Assembly (NCBI GenBank): GCA_032718475.1
Contig: JAUCBJ010007160.1
Coordinates: 24,846-88,845, forward strand
Source: Nemertoderma westbladi
Lineage: Eukaryota; Animalia; Xenacoelomorpha
Direction of reading: 5' to 3'
DNA length: 64,000 nucleotides
Positions 13,273 through 24,797 of the stretch are shown one piece after another (position 1 is the stretch's first letter; the number at the start of each line of letters is the position of its first letter). Both the position numbers and the translations under genes were made by a program. Below the pieces are notes generated by a model. The model made no database searches and was not told the origin of the DNA. It was given only the letters and a program-made list of their open reading frames with translations.

Positions 13273-14011
13273 GCATAAAAATTCAAACAACAAAAATCGA
13301 ATTGGGTTTGATAATATGATATTTTTAAGTGTCATATTCGTGATCAGCGTCCCAGAAAACCCATAATATCTAACAATCAGGGTGATTTTGTGGTGATTTT
13401 TCATTATCATATTTGCAATACTTGTTTATTTCGTGCAACAGAGGGGGCACATTCAAAATGACCAAAATGTGTTCTCCAATGTTATACTTGTTCTATAATT
13501 GTAAATAGCATCCAAAAACCTATATATGACGTAAATAAAGTAATTTTAGTGTGCCATAAAATTTTTATTAAAAATTTTAGCACGAAACATAACTGGAGAT
13601 TGGTGCCAGAATGGGACCACAGAACGAAAACTAACATAGCCATGTAAATGGCGTTTGCTCAGTTTGATATCCCATTAAATTTTAGGAAAAGTCACGAAAT
13701 CTCGGTTTTCCAAACAAACCTGACTCAAAGATACATACTATTTGCAAAAAAAATTCAAAAACACGGGGGCGGCCGCCATGTAGCGTCGTGATGGGTTGGG
13801 TGCGTACTCGGATACACTTTGCCCTTATACGAGGTGCGAGGGTCAAGGGTGAAGTGGCGGAGTTATGCTGGGATACCTTGAACGAGTGTTATTGACTCAA
13901 CTTAATAATAACTACATAATAATACATGAATGAACCACATTTATTCCATAATTATAATTATTAAATTAAACACTATATTTTTTTATAATAAATTAGATTG
14001 ATAGAACTTAC

Positions 14012-14316
14012 ATGCCGCACTTGACTTCAACGGAACGGACCTCATCATCCATGTTTAGAGCAGCTAACTGGACTGTGTTGGTATTGGAAGAGATTGGCAC
14101 TTTGACTCCGACGAGATGGTCCGCAGGATAGAGCTTTATGAGAGGCTCACAGGAGGGGCTAGTTCTAAGGATGGGCGGTGGAGTGATACGGAGGCTAGGG
14201 GGCAGTAGGGGCGGTGGAGTGCTACGGAGGCTAGGAGGGGCCAGGGGGGGCTGTGCTACGGCTGTAGCGCAGCTCAAACCGACTACCATGGCAATAAGTA
14301 GAGCGTTTATTGCCAT
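14012..14316 (-). CDS. First coding exon of a secreted Pro-rich beta/gamma-crystallin-like protein
   Basis: Signal peptide MAINALLIAMVVGLSCATAVA, Pro-rich repeats, then IKLYPADHLVG...MDDEVRSVEVKCG. Perfect GTAAGT donor at 14011-14006. ttttAG acceptor at about 14337. Confidence 0.8.
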
Positions 14317-14423
14317 TTGGAACAGAAACAAATTATCTAAAAATAATAATTTAGTTTGAGTTTATGCCTGAAACTACAGTTATAACTTTCGTTGGGCAAA
14401 GCTTTGCAATGTGGGCAATGACG

Positions 14424-14496
14424 TCCAGGCGGGATCGAATTGGTGACCTCCAGGTTGGTAGTCTAACGCTCTTACCATTCTGCAGCTAGCGGCTCA
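14424..14496 (-). mobile_element. tRNA-derived SINE head / tRNA-like pseudogene
   Basis: Minus strand reads gccgctagctgcagaatggtaagagcgttagactaccaacctggaggtcaccaattcgatcccg, with degenerate Pol III A and B boxes. Confidence 0.6.
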
Positions 14497-14665
14497 GGTC
14501 AATGAGGTAGACCTGGAAATTCTACCTGATACCTTGTGTGTCATCATGGTCTCCTATCAGTCAATACCGTCATCATCTGCTGCCACTGTGTTCAATTCTA
14601 CTGAACTTGGCCGTCTGTTCCATTTTGTTTATGTATGTATAGCGACGCAATCTAGATATTGCATA

Positions 14666-14930
14666 GACCCCCTTATCACGGAGCAACTTATTTCTGCTAC
14701 TTGTTTCTGTTGGACCTCCTCACATACATAAACTTGTTGTTGGACCCTATCTCACACAGAAACTTGTTGTTGGACCCCCTCATACACGGACACTTGTTTC
14801 AGTAATTTGTTGCTGGACTCCTCTCCGCACACAGAAAAGTTTCGGAAACAAGTTGCAGCAACAAGTTTATGTGAGTGAGGGGGTCGAGCAACAAGTTTCA
14901 GAAACAAGTTGATCCGTGTGAGGGGGGCCT
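14666..14930. mobile_element. PIF/Harbinger-like MITE
   Basis: Imperfect TIRs gacccccttatcacggagcaactt and aagttgatccgtgtgaggggggcc, with internal acttgtt/aacaagt repeats. Confidence 0.55.
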
Positions 14931-15034
14931 TAGACATACCTTTGTTGCACACCTCATAAGATATTTATTCGTTCTAGAATATTATGTATTTACTTTTATG
15001 TTTTTTATTATTTATTTATTTATTTTAATTAAGC

Positions 15035-15205
15035 AGCAGCTTGTTCTAGATGGTACCGGTACAATACTGGGCTTCCAATTAGTAAGCACTGGTTCAATCC
15101 CCAGAAGGGACAGTACTGTTTTGACACAGTGATTTAAATGCTACAGCCTAGCACAACCCTCTCTTTCAACCTTCAGTGGTCGATAAATGGGATCCAAAGC
15201 AACTT
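15035..15205 (+). mobile_element. tRNA-derived SINE
   Basis: B-box ggttcaatccc followed by ctttcaaccttcagtggtcgataaatgg, which resembles conserved central domains of metazoan SINEs. Confidence 0.45.
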
Positions 15206-15621
15206 GGGAAACAGAGTGGAAGGGTTTACTGTGGAAGATCACCCATGGTTGTGAACAGGCATTCCTTTAGGAAACAGAGTGGAAGGGTTTACTGTGGAAG
15301 ATCACCGATGGTGTTGAACAGGCATTCCTTTAGGAAACAGAGGGTAGGGTTTAATGTGGTAGATCACCCGTGGTGGAGAACATGTGTTCCTTTATGGAAC
15401 AAAGTGGAAGATCACCCATGGTGATGAAGAGGCATTCCTTTAGGAAACAGAGTGGAAGGGTTTACTGTGGAAGATCACCCATGGTGATGAAGAGGCATTC
15501 CTTTAGGAAACAGAGTGGAAGGGTTTACTGTGGAAGATCACCCATGGTGGAGAACAGGCATTCCTTTAGGAAACAGAGTGGAAGGGTTTACTGTGGAAAA
15601 TCACCCATGGTGGTGAAGAGG
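15206..15621. repeat. 63-bp tandem repeat, about 6-7 copies
   Basis: Unit ggaaacagagtggaagggtttactgtggaagatcacccatggtgatgaagaggcattccttta. Confidence 0.9.
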
Positions 15622-15949
15622 TACAGTATTCCTTGGACTAACGAACCTGAAAGATTCTCACATTCAATTTATTGTAATTCAATAACTTTAACAATTTTTG
15701 CAATTGTACTATCCATGAGAATAAATAAAGTCAAGAGTAAATATTATGTCTTATTTAAAAGGAATAATTATACTCTTGGCTCTACAGTAGCGAATATTAA
15801 TTCTTGCAATCTTTCAATCTTGTATCTTATCTGTTTCTCAGCGATATTCAGACATTGTTACATATTTGAAATCTATGTACCCTACTGTATCTTGCCAATT
15901 ATGTACCAAACATCCAGTACCCACAACGTTGCGTAGGCAATGGTAGTTA

Positions 15950-16481
15950 GAGCTCTGTTGTACGCTGGTATATGTAGACAACCAATTTGTATTGGGTGAA
16001 GTTCAGTTTCAGTTTGGTCCATTCAGGTACACATAGTGAGTGAATGATACAGCATATTATATAGCCAAACGCAGATAAATCACTGGTATGTACTGTATGT
16101 CGAAACAGTATATTGTTGTGTAATTAATGTGGTGTGTTTAACATACGATTTATTCTTAGGTGCATTTCTACATTAAATGCCACCTCTCCTATTTATTAAT
16201 ATTGTGTATTATTGGTGTTACGTTATTCGCACAGTACGTGCAATAACTTCTATTAGTGTGAAATAGTAGTTATTGTATCAATATACTGTACATTGCAAGT
16301 CGAACTGAACCGTTTTATTTGCTGACACTGCTTCCGGGGTCTACTACAGTGCTACACATCCTCGACTGGATATTCTACGAGGGAAGCACCTACAGAACCG
16401 ATAAGATCGAAGGATCAATATTCTCACACCCATGACGAAAGATATCCCTTCAGTGACGTTTGCTGAAGGAGTTCCCTTACA
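15950..16481 (+). mobile_element. Solo-LTR-like repeat, diverged relative of 20368-21322
   Basis: Shared blocks cattaaatg.cacctctc, ttccggggtcta and gatatccct..agtgac...ggagttcccttaca. Ends in CA. Confidence 0.5.
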
Positions 16482-17029
16482 TTATTTCTCTCAAATTGTG
16501 AAGTAAAATGTTATGTTGTATGATATATTTTACTTTACAGTAATTAATATTCGCCATAATAGTATGAAATTAGATGATTTGACACCAAATAATTATAGCA
16601 GTAGCACCAATTTACATTCCGCAATTTTGATTATCTCTCTCACCAAAAACAATTATTCATCCCCCAAAAACAACAATAATTATTCACTCCCAGAAAAAAT
16701 AATTATTCATAGCCCAAAAACAATTAATCAATCTCCATAAAGTAATTACTTTTAAACCAAAAACAATTCTTCCAGCACCAAATATTTTATGGAAAATTTA
16801 TTTATACAAATTCATTTATTAAATATTTCCATAAATCAAACTAAATGTTTAATCATATTATACCGACCATCCTCGTACCAATAGTCTGCTACTGAGAATC
16901 TGTAACTAAGATTCTGTTTATTTTGGTAGAATATTTGATTATTTTGGGGGAATATGTATTTATTTCGGGGGATTCTGTATTTATTTTGGGAAAAATTGTA
17001 TTTACTTTATTTTGGGGGTTTTGTCATCT

Positions 17030-17130
17030 ATTTGGGGTGAATTTATTTTATTTGGGGTGACTTTATTTTATTTGGGGTGACTTTATTTTATTTGGGGTGA
17101 CTTTATTTTATTTGGGGTGACTTTATTTTT
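17030..17130. repeat. 20-bp tandem repeat (tttggggtgactttatttta), about 5 copies
   Basis: Visible array. Inverted ccccaaaa-rich units at 16580-16790 suggest a foldback element. Confidence 0.75.
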
Positions 17131-17229
17131 TTTGAGTAACATTATTTAAATTGGTATTTTATAATTTTTTTGATGAAATTTTCATCAATTTTGGTTTGAC
17201 AATTGGTGACATCGGTACATAGCTATTAA

Positions 17230-18545
17230 CCCTATTACCACTGGGGGGGGGGGGGGGGGGGGGGGATCGTCTCCTTCCTAGTTTTTAATTGCTGTATCTA
17301 TGCAACCACATTATGTACCTGCCCAATTTTTTGCAAAAATTAGTAAAATTTAATGGCATATCTTTTGCAAAAAACTGCGTTGCAATTAGATTTCTACTTT
17401 TCATTGTGGGTGCCACCTCAAAATTTGGTCCCCATCAGAATTTTTTTGAAATTTTCGAATTTTACAAGTTTGTGAGTTCGTAATTATTTATGTTGCGGCT
17501 ATTTTTATAGATTCAATTTCGTATGGATCACTCTACTACTCTATATAAGTATGTAGGAGTAGTGGTACATCATTTTTGGAGCACCAAAATTAAAGCGTGG
17601 CACTTCAAATTTTCAAAATTGCAATATTCGTTAAATACTCTAAAGTTTTGATTTCAACGCATTTTCATTGGTTTTCTGGACCGCTAAATCGATTGAAAGT
17701 AATATTGAAGCCTAAATTCTTAGTGGGTATCGATTTTGGTGCACCAAAATTAGGGCGTGGCAAGTAGGCTTAGGCCTACTGCAGATTTTCAAAATTACGA
17801 TAGTCAGAAAATACCACAAGGTTTTCATTTCAACCCATTTTTATAGGTTCTCTGGACCGCTGAATCTATAGAAAGTGATATTATTGGTACACCAAAATTC
17901 CCGAAATTATCAAAATTAGGGCGTGGTGCTTTTTCAAAATTAGAATAAGTGCCACTCCCAATACGTTCTATTTCACTGCAATTAAGGATTGTAATTTGTT
18001 ACCAGATGAGATTAAAAAAATTCAAAATTTAAGGGGCTACAAATCGGCAGTAAAATCACATTTAAGAGAACAATGCAAACTCCAATCCGAAAATTCTTAC
18101 CTTTACTATTAATATTTTACATTGCACCGTTATGATTTGTCTTTAGTACTGTAGCATATTGTAAGTGTAACGTACAGTAGGATACACAGTGTAACTATTT
18201 TTAAGGACCCTCTGGAAACAAGCGACAACGCTTTAGAGGTAATCCTCTACAGTATGTTACAGTGTGTGTGTACATGGAATCTTACTATATTTAGGTAATG
18301 TTTTTTACTGTGTTTATAGTATAATTTTTGTATTGTACTTTCATATTGTAGAAATAAATAATAATAATAATAATAATAACACTATTAGTTTTTAGAATAT
18401 CAAAAAATTTTATATTTTGTCCTGGGACTACTTTTATTTTCATGAAAATTATTATACCCTCCTTATGAAATACAGTGGGGGGACCGAATCGGCCTCCCGC
18501 CAGTGCTGCTAATGGTATAAACACCCTGCAGTGGTAATATGGTTT
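17230..18545. mobile_element. Non-autonomous piggyBac-like DNA transposon
   Basis: TTAA followed by ccctattaccactg on the left and cagtggtaatatgg on the right. An inverted related copy lies at 29266-29850. Confidence 0.55.
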
Positions 18546-18609
18546 ATTGTAGTACAGTATTTGCATTTTCAGTAGATTATAGAATATACCGTACAATTTA
18601 TTTTTATTA

Positions 18610-18950
18610 TGAAACCTTGAACGAAACTCTTAATTCTGTTTTATTTGAGAGAAAATCATAGGCGTCGATGTAGAAAATTCTATATAAATCCTATTAGACA
18701 GAAGCGATATTGTTATGGACAATATTCAACTCTAAATCCTTTGTTACGAATGCGGCAGTGTCAATCAAGTCATCGCAACTACTATAGAATGACTAAAGAA
18801 CGATTCGATAAACTAATCTGCTTAATGCTTAATTCAAATATTCATATGAATGAAAGGAAGCCAACTCATCGTTACCCTATAGAATCTATCGCTAACTCTA
18901 CGTCACTTAGCTAGTGACTCTTCAATGACTAGCATTGCTGCTAGTCTAGA
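18610..18950 (+). pseudogene. PIF/Harbinger transposase N-terminal fragment
   Basis: RKFYINP..R...GQYSTL...RNYYRMTKERFDKL...THRYPI, then frameshifted LTLRHLASDSSMTSIA. Confidence 0.75.
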
Positions 18951-19179
18951 AGTTCTAGAACTTCTCTAATTTCTGACATTAGAATTTCACTATCCATAAT
19001 TACTATCAGTCCTACACAACACACAAATTGGATATCAACCAGAAATGTTTCTCAGCCAATTTAATTCAATTGTGCGGTGGCAGCTAATTTATTCTGGTCT
19101 ATTTCTAAATTCAAGAACACTATTTTTGCCCAATCCAATTTTTGGTCAATTCAACATATTAAATATTCTCTTGGCATTG

Positions 19180-19330
19180 ACATGCATCTGATATCAGACG
19201 CAATACCGTTCAAAAAGCGCGAACAGACGTCTGTACGTCTGTGACAGACGTACAGACGTCTGTTCACGCCTTTAACATCTGACGACTTCTGACACAGATG
19301 CACCACAGACGCGTCTGCAGACGCCATTAT
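19180..19330. repeat. Palindromic MITE-like core
   Basis: gaacagacgtctgtacgtctgt-g-acagacgtacagacgtctgttc perfect hairpin at 19221-19265. Confidence 0.6.
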
Positions 19331-19952
19331 ACACCCTACGAAGTATAAATAAACCCGGCTTACCTTAAGTATAATGTAGTTAACAATCAACTACACAGTT
19401 TACATTTAGAGACTATGAAGTCTCCAATGAAAAATATGATGTTATGGAAGTAATATGAGGACATGATATAGTTTCTTATACGGATTAATTGATATAATAA
19501 TTGTGAGGCTTTCCTTCATTCTTCACATAACAAATGAAGCTGTTAAGATCGATTTACATGCGTCAGTAGAATGCTACGCCAATTACAAATTATAATATAA
19601 ACTCCCGCTGCTTTGTGTCGAGTTTAAATCAATGATTCTACCTTATAAGTATCTTCTATGTTTCTACACAGTTGATGGCGGTGGAGTGAATATGTAATAT
19701 AAATTATTGTATATAAGCGAGTGGTGTGATGTACAAGTACAGAAGTACGGTACGAATGGGATGTATGTAGACAATAAGGAAATGAGACAATATGTGGAAA
19801 AATTTAATAGGGAGGTTTGGGGGTCTAATAATTTTTAAAAATTTTGTTCTGATATTTTATTAAGAATTGTGTCAGCTTAATGAAATAAATTACCTTGTTT
19901 AAAATATAGTTATATGATGTTAGACAACCACGACTTTAGAGGGATTGTGATA

Positions 19953-20351
19953 TTAATATGAAAACAATAAAATAGGACATGGGGTCTTATTCCCTCAGAT
20001 ACTACCTAGCATTTAGGGCCACTTGGGCCACTGTTAGTACTCAGGCACTAGGCCCATCAAAAAACACAAATTACCAAATCGATTTTAGTGCTACATAACC
20101 CAACCCAACTACCACAAGAAAAATTACACCAAACCATAGAGTAACTACAGGTTCCGGTAAGTATTGCACGAAATAGGTTATCCCATAAATTAAGAAAAAA
20201 GGTTATGTAGCACTAAAATCGATTTGGTATTTTGTTTTTTGATGGGCCTTAGTGCCTGAGTACCAACAGTGGCCCAAGTGGCCCTAAATGCTAGGTAGTA
20301 CTGTATCTGAGGGAATAGACCCCATGTCCTATTTTATTGTTTTCATATTAA
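19953..20351. mobile_element. MITE with about 150-bp TIRs, bounded by TTAA
   Basis: 19953-20100 is the near-exact reverse complement of 20201-20351. Confidence 0.85.
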
Positions 20352-20367
20352 AATATAGTGACAAAGT

Positions 20368-21322
20368 TGTAAAGTTCGATCAGCGTTATTCCAGCCGTCG
20401 CCAGGGGTTACTAGTCGGACGTGCGGTTCCCCTATACCCAATATGTCATTGGCCCAATGATGTTAGTGAAGTAATCCCAAACCAATAAGCGACATAATTA
20501 GGAGAGCAACAACTATGGATGAATTATTGGCTACAGAGTGAGTAATGGTATGACATGGTTATAAAACAATTAAGAAACGTGTGAACGTATATTGAGGCCC
20601 AAATTGAGTGTTAATATTGCGTATTGGCAGACCGAACAATGATGCAATAAAGTAGTACTGTAGGAGTATAACACAGTAAGAACAATAGATCTGGTTATTT
20701 GTTGCACTAAAAGGGAACTATTATTACATAGAGGGGATTACTCACAGCTGAGGAAGGGTAGCTAACATTTTGGTGTATAACAGGTGAAGGTGTTATTTGG
20801 ATTATTATTAGACATTAGTCAGATGCTTTAAGTAGTGAATATTGTCAATATTGCGGTGTATATAATATTGTGTTTCTGATTAAGAACTTCATTCCTTAGG
20901 CGAATTTCTACATTAAATGTCACCTCTCTCTCTATAATTTACCTCACCTCTCCTATATTACTTTACTGTTGTATATTATTGTTATTGGTATTACTCTACT
21001 TTACTTCTCACCATACATACGAGCAATAGCTATTATTGGTGAGAGATAATGAGCTATTATCTAGTAAGTGCCATTATACTAGAAGTCAAACTGCACCCTC
21101 TTATTTGTTACACTGATTCCGGGGTCTAACACATATCCTCGACAGGCCACTGGTTGACTGACAGGAGGTTCCCTGAGCGAAACCGGAAGTCAAGTGGGAA
21201 GGGAGGTAGGCATTCTACATACTAGAGTACACCTAAGGGATCGAATAAGGGTCTTTCGACTATTTCACACAGCCGACGAAAGATATCCCTCTAGTGACCT
21301 TTACTGGAGGAGTTCCCTTACA
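20368..21322 (+). mobile_element. Solo-LTR-like element (TGTAA...TTACA)
   Basis: Inverted termini and homology to 15950-16481. TSD not confirmed, left end uncertain. Confidence 0.5.
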
Positions 21323-21449
21323 AATGAGTCAAATTGCCCAATAAAAATTAGACGAGTCACTTTCGCAATAGTTTTAAATAGAAAAGTCATTTTCCCACTA
21401 GTTCACTTCCCCAATATGCTGGAGTTCACTTCCCCCTTCCCCAATTTAG

Positions 21450-23130
21450 CATCTACTGCTCTCGTCGGGGAAGAAGATCTTGGATGTCCTCTCCACGAAC
21501 TAGAGGCCTAATCGCCAAACTCTGTCTTCTGTCTCTGGCTGGGGATATTGAGACCAACCCAGGACCCAGCAGGACGCGGGCCCCGAAGATCAACTGCCCG
21601 TCTGTCAACGAGGAACAAACTATCGGAGTAAGATCGTCCAATGCGAGAGTTGTGACACATTTGTACATTTAAAATGTTACCGTAGGAAAAGCAGTAATTT
21701 ATTCTCCACCAGAAACAATCTTGCGCCAAGTTTTCTCTGCAATAGCTGTATTTTTACCGAACTTCCCTTTCATGATACTATTTTAGAATCAGAAGCCGAC
21801 GATTCATTCCTCACATCGCCTCTGCAAACTCCAAGTGATGCTGAGAGTGAAACTTTTAAATTTTCTAAGAAAAAAGGTCTGCATTTTTTGCATTTAAATG
21901 CACGATCTCTGTTTCCCAAACTTTCCGAAATTCGTATTTTAATCAATATATCCAACCCAGCAGTTTTAACAATCTCTGAAACTTGGCTCGATGATAACGT
22001 TTCTGATGGAGAAATTTATATTGATAATTAGGTAGTTTTACTTAAGGATAGGGACAGACACGGTGGTGGTGTCTGTACTTACATTCGATGTGATTTAGCT
22101 TTTAATCGTAGGGAAGATTTAGAGACTTGTGACGAAGTTTTACTGGTGGAACTTTTACTTCCTAAAACTAAACCTATTTTAATCGGTACTTTATATCGGC
22201 CCCCTAAACAATCAGATTTTTTGCAAAATTTTGAAAATACAATTTTATGTAATCTTAGGTCAGACTGTGAAATATATTTCTTAGGTGATTTTAATATCTG
22301 TTACCATCACAAAGCATCCCCCATCTGTAAACAGTACCAAAGTATTTTAAATTTGTTTGGTTTAAAACAAATTATTCGAGATTCTAACAGAATTACCAGT
22401 AAAACTTCTACTTTACTAGATCACATCCTTTGTAATAATACCAATATTATTTCTCAATCTGGGGTTTTACCTATAGGTCTAAGCGATCATTTTATAGTTT
22501 TTTGTGTTTAGACACAAAAATCTTTTTTCGGGGATCATAAAACAGTAACAGTTAGGTCTATGAAAAATTACAGCAAGGAACGCTTTTTAAGTTTGTTAGT
22601 TAATTCTGACTGTGAACCCTGTTTTAAGGCCGCTGACATTTACCTTGCGTACACTGTTTTTAAAGATATATTTCTAAAGGCACTTAATACTGTAGCACCA
22701 ATTAAAGAAATTAGTCTTAAACAACGCACTGAGCCCTGGATGACCTCGGGTATTCTTAGTAATATCAGAGAAAGAGATAACTATTTGTATAAATTTAGGA
22801 AATACCGTGTTGTAGCTGATTATAATAATTACTGCAAATATAGAAACCTTGTCCAATGTGAAATAAAAAAAAGCCAAATCTGAATATTTGTACAACAAAA
22901 TAAGTGAGAATAAAGATAATCCTAAAAGTCTATGGTCTACCCTAAAATCTTTAGGTTATAAAAACCTTAAATCTAAATCGAATATTGTTCTGCAAGATAA
23001 CGGTGAGCTGATTCATGATCATACTCTAGTTAGTAATTTATTTAATAATTATTTTACTAATGTTGCCTCTAATTTAGTTAAGAAGTTACCGTTATCAAGT
23101 AATAAATATAGTATAGGGTCCGAAACTCTA
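21450..23130 (+). mobile_element. CR1/L2-group LINE ORF2 5' part: 2A peptide, PHD finger, APE endonuclease; decayed and 3'-truncated
   Basis: LLSLAGDIETNPGP; CPSCQ..QCESCDTFVHLKC (frameshifted); HLNARSL, ISETWLD, GGGVCTY, YRPP, LGDFN, TLLDHI, LSDH. Confidence 0.9.
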
Positions 23131-24797
23131 AATACAGCAGTATTATTCGATTTTTATAATTATATACCGGTAGGTCTTGATATTTAATCAGGGACGCCTG
23201 ATTTTTATTGGGATTTTACTTATTTCTGTCAGTTTTATTTATTCGTAAGTGTAATGTTGAGCAGAACTGCAGAAGGCGTGTAAGCCTGCTCAGATTGTAT
23301 AAATGATTTGTAGGCTGGATTGTTGTCTGGCTGTTGTCAGGTCCGAAGAGATTGCAGTGTGTGTAGAGTGTATGTCCGATAAAGTACTAGTTAGGAACGT
23401 GGGGGCATCCAGTGCTGTAAGGTAAATCCCCCCCGAAAGAATAAGTCGTACTACTCGGTTAGAACGCATACTAACTAACCATTTCGGAGTCTGCATATAC
23501 TATAGTTTATTTGGGCTTGATAGTAGTCTGCCAGCGTTTGGTCTGTATTTTGTTTGTGTAGTCTATACGGGTAGCGTAATATTTATTATTCAGAGTTTAT
23601 GCGATTATTCGCAACATACACAACCCCAAGTTTATTCCTACAGTAATTGTGCTTGTTATACATACCGTTATAGTTAAATTAACCCCGGTACTACATCAGG
23701 GCTGTTTGGCGTAGGTAAAGACTGGTGATTTTATGCTCTAGTCACTCCAGCAGATACCGTGGTTCTTTTAGCTGTACAAGTATATTTAACTGCTGGTTAT
23801 TTGTTGTATAAGTACTTGTACCTAATTTAGGGTTTAGTGTACAGTGCTTTCCGAAGGTAATTAGTTTGTAGGCAGTATATTTGTGTTGTAAAGTGGTTAA
23901 TAGGCATGTTAGCTATGGTAGGCTGCGGTAATTAACTTCTAGGTAGGGACATTCCGGGTACATAACGTAGTACTTCTAGAGCTGTAAAGCTAGAGACTAT
24001 AAGTCGTCAGACGGTGGTATTTTCTTATCTAGACAACGCAATATATTTACTACTGCTTTATTATTTTCAAATACCGACCGTAGTATCCTGTCAGTTTATA
24101 AGAACCAGAAATTCTAACCCCTTGTTAGGCTGGTTTGTAGATTTCTTGTAAAATTACCCCTAAAATTTGTATGTGTAATTTTTTGTGTTTATTTAGAGAT
24201 TGTAATCTCACCCAGTAATTGTACATAATTTGTAGTAATAAGTAACTTAGTCAAGTAGAATTATTTGTTTTAGTGTCCAACAAGTAGCACTTCACTGAGC
24301 TGCTGAGAGCGTTCAGCTTCTGTGAGGTGACTCCTTACCAGAAATAATAACCTAAAAAGTAGTAACCCTAAAATTCAGAAATTCAGTTATTATAAAATAA
24401 TTTACATACCGGTATTTACGATAGGCTTATTATATTTATTTCTATAAATTTAAGCTGAAATTATATTCCGGTATTCTGTAATTAATCCTGGTCTATAATA
24501 ATACTTATATATACCATAGGTGTATACCGGTATTTACAGTAGGCTTATTATATATATTTATATAAATTTAGGCTGAAATTATATACCAGTATTTTGTAAC
24601 TAATTCTAGTCTGTCATAATACTTATATATATACTATAAGTGTATACCGGTATTTTAATATATTGTATATATATCACGTTACATTGAGTAACGGTATCGA
24701 TAATTAATTACTAGGCTTACAGTTACAGTTGATACTGAATTACTAGACTTGCTTTAACTGTCGTTATAGTAGTAGGCATTCAACTGTACAATCCAAC

